Origin: Escherichia coli
GTDB taxonomy: Bacteria > Pseudomonadota > Gammaproteobacteria > Enterobacterales > Enterobacteriaceae
Reading direction: 5' to 3' (one strand)
NCBI RefSeq assembly: GCF_030013595.1
Contig: NZ_CP122768.1
Length of the DNA stretch: 64,000 nt
Made by a program: the position numbers and the translations under genes. The notes beneath the pieces are model-generated. The model saw nothing but the letters and a program-made list of their open reading frames with translations. It made no database searches and had not been told where the DNA came from. Of this stretch, positions 17,879-27,732 are shown piece after piece (the stretch's first letter is position 1; the number at the start of each line of letters is the position of its first letter).

Positions 17879-18795
17879 TAACATTAACAGTTCAGAATTC
17901 GATAGTGAAAACTATTGATATGAGTCTGCTGCCGCCGCCCGCGTTTGTTAAAACCCCGCTATTTTCAGATGTTAAATCTAATCTATTGTCAGAGCTGCAG
18001 ATATTATATCCACAATTTAACGCACTCCTGGAGTCAGACCCGGCCGTTAAACTGCTGGAAATAGTTGCATACAGAGAAATTATCATTACAGCGCGGGTAA
18101 ATCAGGGGATGCTCGCGGTATTACTCGCGTTTGCAAAAGAGTGGGACCTCGACCAGATTGGCGCTAATTTTGACTGCCTGCGGCTGTTGATAACGCCAGC
18201 TAATCGTGATGCGATTCCCCCGACTGAGGCGGTTTACGAGAGTGACGACGAGTATCGTCATCGCATACAGCTATCGTGGTACGCGCGGAATACTGCCGGC
18301 AGTACAAACGCGTATAACTATTTCGCGCTATCGAGTGATCCCGACGTTCTGTCAGCTCAGGCATACGGACCGCCGGTGACACAACCAGGGTACGTCGATA
18401 TGTATGTCCTGTCGCGAACCGGCGACGGCACTCCGCCTCAATCACTACTGAATACAGTTAATGCAGCGCTGTCTCCTGATGACACCCGACCGCTAACCGA
18501 TTTCGTTACAGTAAAACCTGCGTCGAACCTGAATTACCGGGTTGAGGCCGTTATCGTAGCCGGGCTTGGACCCGACCAGAACGTTTTGCTTAACGGTGCT
18601 CAGAGCGATTTGGCGATATATGTGGATACGCAGCATAAAATCGGAGCGACGGCAGCTCTGTCAGGAATTTACGACGCGATACATCGTGACGGCACTGAAC
18701 GTGTGATTCTGATATCGCCAACAGAGGACGTGATTGCTGGCGTCGGACAGGCTCCGCACTGCACTGAAATTAAACTCAGCGTGCAAATGGGGTAG
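17875..18795 (+). CDS. Baseplate assembly protein (P2 gpJ-like)
   Basis: Blocks LVKLLE, EAVYESD, RIQLS match P2 J. Confidence 0.75.
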   Translation: MITLTVQNSIVKTIDMSLLPPPAFVKTPLFSDVKSNLLSELQILYPQFNALLESDPAVKLLEIVAYREIIITARVNQGMLAVLLAFAKEWDLDQIGANFDCLRLLITPANRDAIPPTEAVYESDDEYRHRIQLSWYARNTAGSTNAYNYFALSSDPDVLSAQAYGPPVTQPGYVDMYVLSRTGDGTPPQSLLNTVNAALSPDDTRPLTDFVTVKPASNLNYRVEAVIVAGLGPDQNVLLNGAQSDLAIYVDTQHKIGATAALSGIYDAIHRDGTERVILISPTEDVIAGVGQAPHCTEIKLSVQMG

Positions 18796-18797
18796 CT

Positions 18798-19424
18798 ATG
18801 GCAAGTCAAAGTGTGCTGCCTCCGAACGCAATAACTCCCGAGAGGGCGCTTGAGGTTGTTTTATCTCACGTCGGCGATCTGCCTGGCGATATTCGAATTA
18901 TTAAAAATCCCGATTTGTGCCCTGCAAATCTGTTGCCGTGGCTGGCGTGGGAGTACGCGGTCACCTACTGGAACCCCGACTGGAGTGAGCAGCAAAAACG
19001 CGAAATTATTAAGGCCGCAGCCTGGCAAAATAAATATCGCGGCACGCGTGGTGCCGTCGAACGAGCATTATTAACGGTGGGATTTGAGAGCAAAATGAGA
19101 GAGTGGTTTGAAGCCACGCCCAGGGACGACCCGTATACATTCGCAATTAAAATATATCTGCTAAAAAGTATAGGGTTAGATTTAGAACTATTGAATACCT
19201 TTATTGCACAAATATTTGATGCAAAAAATTGCCGTTCCTTATTAAAAGAAATAAATTTTGAAACGGGTGTCGATGGTGAGTTTTTTATAGCTGGTGCACC
19301 TTACGCGAAAATAGGCGTAAATATTCCAGCAGACGGCGACGGCGGTGTAAAAATTAACGGCGGGCTATATATATCAGGCTCACCAATTGTTAGTTTAAAT
19401 GTGGAGATAGGGCCAAATGGCTGA
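18798..19424 (+). CDS. Tail protein (P2 gpI-like)
   Basis: LLPWLAWE motif matches P2 I. Confidence 0.7.
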   Translation: MASQSVLPPNAITPERALEVVLSHVGDLPGDIRIIKNPDLCPANLLPWLAWEYAVTYWNPDWSEQQKREIIKAAAWQNKYRGTRGAVERALLTVGFESKMREWFEATPRDDPYTFAIKIYLLKSIGLDLELLNTFIAQIFDAKNCRSLLKEINFETGVDGEFFIAGAPYAKIGVNIPADGDGGVKINGGLYISGSPIVSLNVEIGPNG

Positions 19425-20595
19425 AAATAAAATTTACGCAGTACTGACAGACCGGGGGGCACAACTTGAGGCCGCGGCATTAGCATCAGGTGTGCCGGTA
19501 GTACTGAATAAATTCGTTATTGGTGACGCGAACGGAAACGACGACGTAACACCGGACCCGTCACGAACAGTATTAATTCACGAAACGTATCGCGGAGATA
19601 TTAAATCGTCAGAAAATAGCGGCAATCAGGTTATTTTTACACTGTACGTACCACCGGAAACCGGCGGTTATACTATTCGAGAGGTTGGAATATTAACAGA
19701 TAAAGGCGAGCTGTACTCTGTAGCACGCTCGCCGGATATTTTAAAACCCACGGACAGCAACGGCGCGCTGATTTCAATCACATATAAATACACTCTCGCG
19801 GTGTCCAGCGCGTCTACTGTTAACGTTGTCATTGATAACAGTAGTGGAATGAGCCAAGCAGATGCAGATAAGCGTTATTTGCAGATAAGCAAAAATTTAT
19901 CTGAAATTAAAGATAAGGGCGCGGCGGCGCAACAAGCTGGGCGAGAAAATCTCGGCGTTAACTTAAATAACTATTATAAAAAAGAAGAGATAGATAATAA
20001 ATTTTCAGAAGTGGATAATGAGTTAAATAATATAAACCCAGTCATGACGGTTAACCATTTACAGCCTGATTCTGACGGCAATGTTAATGTGGATTCGGGA
20101 TACGCAAAACTGGGCGGCGACGGGGCATTTAATTTAGTTGCTCTGTTTCCGCAGCAATCTGAACCTGACGCGACAAATAAAACCATGCCTGGTTACCGGC
20201 TTTCTTCTGTGATATTTAAAGCGAATCCCAGCCTTGAAATTTTGGCTCATGGATATTTATTTGGATTGTGGGAATTAATTGCCATTCCGTTAGTGACAGT
20301 ATCTAGCGGATACGAACTGAATGGCGGTGTTTCTGGTGCTGTAATGGCTCGGCGAATTCCTGTTGGCAATATAAACAAATTCAGCAATATAAAAAAACCT
20401 CATTATCCTCAGGGCCGTGGCGTGGTGGGAACGTATGAAACTGCCTACATAAACATTGAATGCGATATTGAGGGAGTTGGAACCGGACTAATATTCACGA
20501 CAAATAATAATGATGTTGAGGAATACGGTCGTCAATTATATCAAAACGCAATAAACGGTATGTACGGCACAGTAACAAACGGTTATCAAAGTTGA
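19417..20595 (+). CDS. Tail fibre protein (P2 gpH-like N-terminus; divergent AT-rich C-terminal region)
   Basis: N-terminal collar/fibre domain similarity to P2 H (LIHE..., PPE.GG, RE.GL); C-terminal half has distinct composition. Confidence 0.6.
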   Translation: MAENKIYAVLTDRGAQLEAAALASGVPVVLNKFVIGDANGNDDVTPDPSRTVLIHETYRGDIKSSENSGNQVIFTLYVPPETGGYTIREVGILTDKGELYSVARSPDILKPTDSNGALISITYKYTLAVSSASTVNVVIDNSSGMSQADADKRYLQISKNLSEIKDKGAAAQQAGRENLGVNLNNYYKKEEIDNKFSEVDNELNNINPVMTVNHLQPDSDGNVNVDSGYAKLGGDGAFNLVALFPQQSEPDATNKTMPGYRLSSVIFKANPSLEILAHGYLFGLWELIAIPLVTVSSGYELNGGVSGAVMARRIPVGNINKFSNIKKPHYPQGRGVVGTYETAYINIECDIEGVGTGLIFTTNNNDVEEYGRQLYQNAINGMYGTVTNGYQS

Positions 20596-20607
20596 TGGAG
20601 GTAATAA

Positions 20608-22107
20608 ATGAGCACTAATTTTTTGCACGGCCCCCGCACGCTCGAATACGACGACGGAACAAAAGAGATCAGCACGGTCGATATTTCCGTTATCGGTATC
20701 GTCGGCACTGCCCCGGATGCGAGCGCCCCCACATGCGCATCACTACTATGGGGATCAGAACTCGCAGATAATCTTGTTCAGTTTTCCACTGTCATGCCTG
20801 GGGCCGACGGAAACAACTGGATTGTCGAAATCGTCAATCTCGGTATTAACGGGAATGTAGCAACTCCAGGATACAGCACACTGCCCGACGGTTCGAGAAA
20901 ATTAACAATGATCACGGACGGTGCCATGACTCCGTCAAAAATGTACGATCAGAACCAGCAGTATAAAGAAGGACTCCAGATTGGAGAATATATTAACGTC
21001 ACATTCGGTGGTGATCACGCAGGAACGGGGACTGTATTCGCGCTCCCCCCAACAAATTTATCCGGTGGTAAAGACGAATCGTTCAAATATAATGTTCCGA
21101 CGTTAATTGCAGGCAGTCAAAAAAAAGCTGGATTGCTCGGTGGGTCTGGCACCCTTCCTCCCGCTGTATCTGAAATCCTAAATCAGGATGACGCTATTAT
21201 TGTTGTTGTCCGCGTTGAAGAAGACAGTGACGAAACAAAAATGAGGCAGAACGTCGTTAACGGGATTAACGCATTGTTGACGTCTGCACAAATAAATCAA
21301 GTGACTCCGAGAATTTTAATTGCTCCAGATTATAGTGCTAACGATTATATCGCTGAACAACTTGAAGTGGTGACAAATAAATTACGAGGTGTTGGGTATA
21401 TCGATTCACCGCGAGGCGCTACGCCTGCTGACGTTGTGAATCGTCGTCAGAGATATGGCGCCAGGATGGAAATTTTACGCCCTCGCGTTTATTCTACGAG
21501 TGATGTCAGTGGGTTATCTCGTCCGTATTCAGCTATCGCTGCTGGTTTGCGAGCCAGAATTGATAATGAAAAAGGATTCTGGTGGAGTAAATCGAACCAG
21601 AATATCTACGGAGTTACAGGGCTTGAACAAGTCGACGATTTTATTATTGGTGAGACAAACTGCACAGCGAACCTGTTGAACGCCAGTCAGGTCAGCACAA
21701 TTATTCGCTATGACGGGTTCCGGCACTGGGGTAACTATCTGTGTAGCCTCAGTCCCCAATGGTCCTTTGAATGCGTTCGTCGAACAGCTGACGTAATTGA
21801 GGATTCTATAGCCCGGGCAATGATGACCGATTTTATTGATCGTCCGATAGATCTGCACCTCGGAACAGACGTTGTCGAGTCGATAAACGCATATCTGCAC
21901 AAATTAGAGGAGCAGGGCGCGATTAACGGAGGGCGTGCGTGGTTAGACGGTGAGCTGAATACAAAAGAAAGTCTGGCCGCTGGTAATCTTTATATTAATG
22001 TTGATTTTGGTCCGAAATCTCCGGCACAAACAATTACGTTAATGTACCGCATTAATAATGACTATACAGTTGAAGCACTGGCCTCACTTTTTAAAGAAAC
22101 AGCCTGA
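20608..22107 (+). CDS. Contractile tail sheath protein
   Basis: Size (499 aa) and position before the tube gene in a P2/Mu-type tail cluster. Confidence 0.7.
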   Translation: MSTNFLHGPRTLEYDDGTKEISTVDISVIGIVGTAPDASAPTCASLLWGSELADNLVQFSTVMPGADGNNWIVEIVNLGINGNVATPGYSTLPDGSRKLTMITDGAMTPSKMYDQNQQYKEGLQIGEYINVTFGGDHAGTGTVFALPPTNLSGGKDESFKYNVPTLIAGSQKKAGLLGGSGTLPPAVSEILNQDDAIIVVVRVEEDSDETKMRQNVVNGINALLTSAQINQVTPRILIAPDYSANDYIAEQLEVVTNKLRGVGYIDSPRGATPADVVNRRQRYGARMEILRPRVYSTSDVSGLSRPYSAIAAGLRARIDNEKGFWWSKSNQNIYGVTGLEQVDDFIIGETNCTANLLNASQVSTIIRYDGFRHWGNYLCSLSPQWSFECVRRTADVIEDSIARAMMTDFIDRPIDLHLGTDVVESINAYLHKLEEQGAINGGRAWLDGELNTKESLAAGNLYINVDFGPKSPAQTITLMYRINNDYTVEALASLFKETA

Positions 22108-22124
22108 TAATTCGGAGAGTAAAT

Positions 22125-22637
22125 ATGTCAGATAGCAACGCTTACCGCGCGTTTGCGCTATTCGTGCAAGGTGAACGGGTTTTAAATTGTACTGAATATA
22201 CTCCTGTTGATATGAAAATAATCGAGGACGAGTTTAAAACAGGCGCGATGGATACAGCCATAACACTGGATGGGGGGATGGAGAAAATGTCAGCCAGTTT
22301 TAAAGTTTCTGGTTCTGATTCTGGTGTTATGAGCTATTTCGGGTTAATACCGGGAGTCAAGACGCGGTTTGAAATTCGTAGTGCGTACACAGACTCCTAT
22401 GGAATAAATTTTGAGCGTATTGATACCTACGAGGGACTTATTACGGCAATCACTGATGACGCTCAGGGGACTGATTCAAAATCGTCAGTGGGGCAATCAG
22501 TAACGATTGCTCCGAGCTATTATAAACGAGTTCAAAATGGACGAATTATTTACGAAATTCATCCTGCAAAAATGAAGCGTGTTATCAACGGTGTTGATGT
22601 TCTTGCAGGCGTCGCTCGAATCCTTCATGTATATTAA
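22125..22637 (+). CDS. Tail tube protein
   Basis: Size (170 aa) and position after the sheath. Confidence 0.65.
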   Translation: MSDSNAYRAFALFVQGERVLNCTEYTPVDMKIIEDEFKTGAMDTAITLDGGMEKMSASFKVSGSDSGVMSYFGLIPGVKTRFEIRSAYTDSYGINFERIDTYEGLITAITDDAQGTDSKSSVGQSVTIAPSYYKRVQNGRIIYEIHPAKMKRVINGVDVLAGVARILHVY

Positions 22638-22649
22638 AAGGTAAGTAAA

Positions 22650-22931
22650 ATGGAATCCTTATTAGACAGTATGACTATTACGCTCTCTCGCCCGTTTATT
22701 ATTAAGGGCGAGAGTTGCGATACAATTACTATTCGCGAACCAAAATTACGCGACCGCATTATGTTCAGTAACGATAAAAGTGGTCTTGAAGAGCGGACAG
22801 CGACAATGCTGGCGCGCCTGGCAAATCTGGAGCGAGATGATTTATATGCACTGCCTGCGTGCGATTACGATCAAATGGAGGCCGCGTTTAACGAACTGGT
22901 AAAGCCCCCGAAAGGCCGACGTCAGATATAG
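22650..22931 (+). CDS. Tail assembly chaperone (P2 gpE-like position)
   Basis: Small gene between tube and tape measure. Confidence 0.45.
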   Translation: MESLLDSMTITLSRPFIIKGESCDTITIREPKLRDRIMFSNDKSGLEERTATMLARLANLERDDLYALPACDYDQMEAAFNELVKPPKGRRQI

Positions 22932-23039
22932 TTATTCTGATTCCGTTTATTGCGAAAAAACTTGCCATCCCGCCCGATACGCAAATGGACCTGCCGTATC
23001 GGGTTTTTAATTTCTATGTAAACGAGGTCATGAAAACCG

Positions 23040-24680
23040 ATGGCTATTTCTCAAAACTTTAAAACTCAGGTTGTATTCGGGGGGCGAATAGACCCGTCGT
23101 TTCGGCGTGGTACAACAGAACTCAACGATGCAATTCGGCAGACGTCGTCTACTGTCGGAAAATTAACGAAAAGCCAGGATAAATTAAAAGACAAAATCGC
23201 AGCAATGAAACTGGCGGGTAAAGACGTTTCTGATTTATCTGCTCAGTATCAAAAGCTGGACCGTCGGATAAAAGCGACAACACAGGACCAGGAAGCTCTG
23301 AATACTCAGCTCGCTAAAAAACAGCGGCTGGAGAAATGGACGGGGCGCGCAAAAGGGGCTGCAAAATGGGGAGGGCGAGCGGCTGCAAGAACGATAAAGG
23401 CAACAGGAAAAGGCATCAAATGGGGGACGCTTGGCGCGGCGGGGCTCATTGGCGGTGCAGCTGCTGGTGCGCTGGCAATGAATGCAGAGACGTCAGAAAA
23501 ACTCGGTCTGGCGAAGTCCTACGGCGTTGGCGTCGAAAAATACGCCGCGTGGGACAATATCGGTAAAGCAGCCGGGCTTAACGGCGAAAATATCGGGGAT
23601 TTGTCAGAAGAACTTACAAATAAAATCGGCGAAATCGGAAACGAAAAAAACCTGAATCCCATGTTGTTTCAAATCGGCCTGACGAAAAAACGAATGGCTA
23701 GCTGGGATCGGGAAAAACAGTTTAATGAGGTTATGCGTCGCATCTCTGAAATGAAAGATGAGAAGCAAGCGGCGAGTCTTGCTGACCAGCTCATGGGGGG
23801 CGAAGCTAATAAAATCATGACGTATATGAAGGCCACTGGTAAAAGTTGGGAACAGACAATGGCCGACGCGCAAAAATCGAATCTGTTAACAAAAGAGGGT
23901 GCGGAAGGAGCGGCGCGTGCGCATGTATCAGTGACAAATCTGTGGGGCTCTATTACGTCGGGGCTTGCAGATACACTCGGTAAAATCGGGGGGGAACTCG
24001 CGCCGACGTTTGACTCAGTACGCGAAACATTTACAGCATGGTTTAAGGACAATCAGGGCGGATTTGTCAGCACAATTACTGAGTGGGTAAAGCCCGAAAG
24101 CATGAAAAAAATGTGGGAGGGGATAGTCAGTTTTGGCGAAGCTTGCGTTAAATTCGGAAAAATAATTTGGGCAGTAGCAAAAAAACTTGAGTGGTTAATT
24201 CCGGACGAGAAAACAGACGAGGAACAGCGCGTATATAACGAAGAATATAATAAGGCGTATCAGGAATTCATGGATAGTGGTGGTAAATATTCACCGAATC
24301 CCGGACAGGCAGCAGATAATGTAGCAAAAGCAAAAGCCGACGAAGCCGTAGATAATATGCGACACCCTGAACGTCTTGCTCGTGCAAAATCACAGGCTGA
24401 ATCAATGCTCTCATTTGCTAACCCGTTTACTGGATTAATAAATAAAAACTCAACGCCTGAATCACAAAACTCAGCAACGTTGAATATTGACGCGCTGAGA
24501 CAGGCAGTCGCAACTCCTGCTCCAGAGCAAAACAATAAAATTGAAATCAATATTGTCGGAGCAACTGATCCGCAATCAATACAGCAATCTGCAGCATCGG
24601 GGGTGCTCGATGGGTTGAGACAAGTTGCGAGTTCGTACAATCGTGGCGCGATGTTTGATAAACCAGCTCCGGCGGGGTGA
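23040..24680 (+). CDS. Tail tape measure protein
   Basis: Long alpha-helical, Gly/Ala-rich protein at the tape-measure position. Confidence 0.6.
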   Translation: MAISQNFKTQVVFGGRIDPSFRRGTTELNDAIRQTSSTVGKLTKSQDKLKDKIAAMKLAGKDVSDLSAQYQKLDRRIKATTQDQEALNTQLAKKQRLEKWTGRAKGAAKWGGRAAARTIKATGKGIKWGTLGAAGLIGGAAAGALAMNAETSEKLGLAKSYGVGVEKYAAWDNIGKAAGLNGENIGDLSEELTNKIGEIGNEKNLNPMLFQIGLTKKRMASWDREKQFNEVMRRISEMKDEKQAASLADQLMGGEANKIMTYMKATGKSWEQTMADAQKSNLLTKEGAEGAARAHVSVTNLWGSITSGLADTLGKIGGELAPTFDSVRETFTAWFKDNQGGFVSTITEWVKPESMKKMWEGIVSFGEACVKFGKIIWAVAKKLEWLIPDEKTDEEQRVYNEEYNKAYQEFMDSGGKYSPNPGQAADNVAKAKADEAVDNMRHPERLARAKSQAESMLSFANPFTGLINKNSTPESQNSATLNIDALRQAVATPAPEQNNKIEINIVGATDPQSIQQSAASGVLDGLRQVASSYNRGAMFDKPAPAG

Positions 24681-25105
24681 CAATGAGTGATGCAATAAAC
24701 GGTGCTGAAGACATCATGCTCGGCTTGGGTGATTTCATTTTTGCTATATCAACAGTAGCGTACAACAAACTGCAACGTAGTGACGCCTGGCGCTGGGCTC
24801 AGCAAACACGATTCGGGAAAAACGACGCGTTGCAGATAACTGGACGACCGAACCCCACTATCACGATTGATGGAAAAATAAACGCGTTATTTCTTGACGG
24901 GTGCGGCGTTGGCCTGTTGACGGATTTGCGGGCATTGGGAAACACGGGAGAACCCCAGCAGCTAGTGCTGGGGACTGGGGAAGTGAAGGGGTACTGGGTG
25001 CTGCGGGAACTAACTGAAACGCAAAACAGCTTTTTGATGGGCGGAACCCCAAAATCGCAGGACTTTTCACTCACGCTCGAATATTATGGAGTTTCGCTAG
25101 ATTAA
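24677..25105 (+). CDS. Tail protein (P2 gpU-like)
   Basis: Position and similarity pattern to P2 U. Confidence 0.6.
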   Translation: MTMSDAINGAEDIMLGLGDFIFAISTVAYNKLQRSDAWRWAQQTRFGKNDALQITGRPNPTITIDGKINALFLDGCGVGLLTDLRALGNTGEPQQLVLGTGEVKGYWVLRELTETQNSFLMGGTPKSQDFSLTLEYYGVSLD

Positions 25106-25274
25106 TACAAAATCAAGCGCTACCAGAGCACTTAACAAGTATAAAAATAAAAAAAACTACGAACATAAATGTAAAACAACCTGATGGTATTTTTTTGACG
25201 CCGAAATACTAATACCTCTCCGACTACTAAAATTAATTCTCATTATGAAATCCTTTTAATTAATGGGGCCCCAA

Positions 25275-25487
25275 ATGATTACATACACTACACGGGACGG
25301 TGACCGTCTCGATCAGATCTGCCTTGCTGTCTACGGGAGAACAGCAAAAACGACAGAAACCGTGTTATATCAGGTTTTAAATTACGGCGTAACGGATATG
25401 TGTGCCGTGTTTCGTGCAGGAGAAAAAATTGTTTTACCAGAAATCGACCCCGAACCGGTTAAAAAAGAAACGCAATTATGGGATTGA
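25275..25487 (+). CDS. Tail protein X (P2 gpX-like, LysM-like)
   Basis: DRLDQICLAVYGRT and C-terminal LW motif match P2 X; start trimmed to M5 of ORF 25263..25487. Confidence 0.7.
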   Translation: MITYTTRDGDRLDQICLAVYGRTAKTTETVLYQVLNYGVTDMCAVFRAGEKIVLPEIDPEPVKKETQLWD

Positions 25488-25490
25488 TGA

Positions 25491-26534
25491 ATGAGTGATT
25501 ACGTAAATACTGGCGTGGAAGCATGGAAGCCCAATTTTTATATATCTGCTGATAATGAAAACATCACGGATAAAATAAGAAAAGGTTTGATCAATATCAC
25601 GCTCACAGATTATGGTGGTTCGAGTAAACAGACAGACGAATTACGCGTAGCAATCGTTTCTGAAACTCTGAAAATTCCGGCCCGCGGAGTAAAAATCAGT
25701 ATTGGGCTCGGTTTCGGTAATCAGATAATTGATAAGGGTGTATACATCGTTGATGGTGCGAGCAGTGGCGGTGAACCCCGGGTAGTTGATTTCACAGCAA
25801 AAGCAGCGCCGATGAACGCATCAAAAGGCTCTCCGACAGTTCAGAGCAAAAAAACTCGCTCCTGGAGCGACGTCACTGTCAGCAATATCGTTGCAACAAT
25901 AGCGAGCGATAACGGGCTAAAACCACGCGTATCAAAGCGGTTTGCAGACAATATTATCACGCAACTCGATCAAGTCGGCGAGTCAGATATGCACCTGATG
26001 TCGAGACTAGCAACACGATTCGATGCGGTGAGTAAACCCGCGGGAGGGTACTGGATATTCCTGCCGCGCGGCGCGGGCGAATCTGTTAGCGGAGCGCCGC
26101 TTCAGCACTACACGCTCACGCGTCGTGATAACTCCAGCTGGGGTTATTCACGAAACGGACAAAGTGGCGATAGTGGTAGCGGTGGCGAAAATCCGGAACC
26201 GACGTATCTGATTAAATATCACGACACAGCAACTGGGCAGATCAAAGAATTGCGGACAGGTAGTGGCGGCGATCCTGTCATTGAATGGCCGACAGTTGAG
26301 CCGTCGCTCGACGCAGCGAAAGAAGCTGCACCAGGGCTCAAGGGCGGTGCAGCTAAAAAAGAGTTCTCTATGACGTACACGACGCCAGCGACGCTCGATT
26401 TAGTGTCGCTGACAGCAGAATGCAAAGTCACAACTCAAGGATTCGGGACCGAGGAGGACCGGGACTGGACTATCAACACGCTGAGCCTGACGCTTGCTGA
26501 AAACGGCTTTTCGGTTCGACTGTCACTGGAGTAA
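25491..26534 (+). CDS. Tail protein D (P2 gpD-like)
   Basis: Size and position as the last tail gene of a P2-type cluster. Confidence 0.65.
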   Translation: MSDYVNTGVEAWKPNFYISADNENITDKIRKGLINITLTDYGGSSKQTDELRVAIVSETLKIPARGVKISIGLGFGNQIIDKGVYIVDGASSGGEPRVVDFTAKAAPMNASKGSPTVQSKKTRSWSDVTVSNIVATIASDNGLKPRVSKRFADNIITQLDQVGESDMHLMSRLATRFDAVSKPAGGYWIFLPRGAGESVSGAPLQHYTLTRRDNSSWGYSRNGQSGDSGSGGENPEPTYLIKYHDTATGQIKELRTGSGGDPVIEWPTVEPSLDAAKEAAPGLKGGAAKKEFSMTYTTPATLDLVSLTAECKVTTQGFGTEEDRDWTINTLSLTLAENGFSVRLSLE

Positions 26535-26539
26535 ATGAA

Positions 26540-27487
26540 ATGGCAGTAATATCGGGTGTATACGCAAACGGGATCGGTGGGCCAGTTGTCGGCGTTCAGT
26601 TAGTATTAACAGCGCGGGTCACGAGTTCAGGCGTAGTAATGACCACCGTTGTAGAGCAAAAAACAGGCGCGGCGGGTGAGTACAAATTTGATATGAAGCC
26701 CGGCGTTTATGTCGTCACTGGTTGTGGCGCGTATCTGGGCGTGATTAATGTTAATCCGGACAGCCCAGACGGTACGCTAAACAACTATTTAACTAATTTT
26801 AGCGCAGACGAAATGACGCCGGCGGCGCTGACCGAGATCCAGGAACTGGTTAACGAGGCGAAGGCCGCGGCGGCTACTGCTCAGGATGCTGCTGCGCAGG
26901 CGATAACCGCAGTAGAAAAAATCGGCACGCCTGCGCCGTACATCCCGCCAGCGTGGGACGCCCCGGGGAGCACAATTTTTGGATATCTTTATATTGATAA
27001 AGGCACGTCATATCTACGGCCGGGGGAGATTGTTTCCGCGTCGTCAATTTACGTTGGCAACGTGACAATGATCGATAAGGGGAGCGGCCCGATGATCGGC
27101 ATGAGTCACACGCAGCAGCCCAGCGGTGGGAGTTGGCGTTTGCAAGGCAGCACAACACCAAATACAGACGCGAGTGTTAAATCAATGCGCAGCGCATTGA
27201 TTTTTCTCAGAATTGATAGCGACAGCCTGTTAACGCCCTCTCTGTTAAAAAGCGGTCGCGGCTCTGCGCGGGTGCGTAATTGCCGTTACGTAAACGCAGA
27301 GGGGACCTCGATTGATTGCGAGATTTTCACAGCAAACAGATGGATTCCGTTTACAGCGGCCGCTGATGACGTAACTGATTGGGGACGAAAAATTTTCAGC
27401 GACGCCCTAGCCGGTTTGTACGGTGTGATTGGCGTATTCGGCGCCCCCCTTTTTCCAGCTAATTGCAGTGAATCACCAGTAGTCTAG
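26540..27487 (+). CDS. Hypothetical protein (315 aa) following gpD; possible fibre-like/receptor-recognition protein or cargo
   Basis: ORF 5 nt after the gpD stop; Gly/Val-rich N-terminal segment then Ala-rich helical stretch; no confident family. Confidence 0.4.
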   Translation: MAVISGVYANGIGGPVVGVQLVLTARVTSSGVVMTTVVEQKTGAAGEYKFDMKPGVYVVTGCGAYLGVINVNPDSPDGTLNNYLTNFSADEMTPAALTEIQELVNEAKAAAATAQDAAAQAITAVEKIGTPAPYIPPAWDAPGSTIFGYLYIDKGTSYLRPGEIVSASSIYVGNVTMIDKGSGPMIGMSHTQQPSGGSWRLQGSTTPNTDASVKSMRSALIFLRIDSDSLLTPSLLKSGRGSARVRNCRYVNAEGTSIDCEIFTANRWIPFTAAADDVTDWGRKIFSDALAGLYGVIGVFGAPLFPANCSESPVV

Positions 27488-27732
27488 CCCCCTGACCATC
27501 ATGGTGTAACAGGAGTTCGCTTGGCTGAAACGGATTCTCGGCGCGGTTATCTCTTGAGTAAATGAAACGGACTTGGGGAGGCTATAGAGAGCGCCAATTT
27601 AGTATTAACGACAGTCGACTGCAAACGGCACCTGCGTTATTTTTATGTGTAAGCCGAAGGACGAAGAGCCTCTGGTGCTGGACGTTGTTATCGTTAGATG
27701 CTGACAATTTTTAATATTGGGAGTTTTCAAAC

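Noticed and set aside
22890-23039. Programmed -1 frameshift extending the tail chaperone (as in P2 E/E' or lambda G/GT)
   Set aside because: No canonical slippery heptamer (X XXY YYZ) near the 3' end of 22650..22931; the extension frame exists but is unsupported
27540-27692. 50-codon ORF upstream of the lipoprotein gene
   Set aside because: No ribosome-binding site; more likely promoter/leader sequence of the lipoprotein gene
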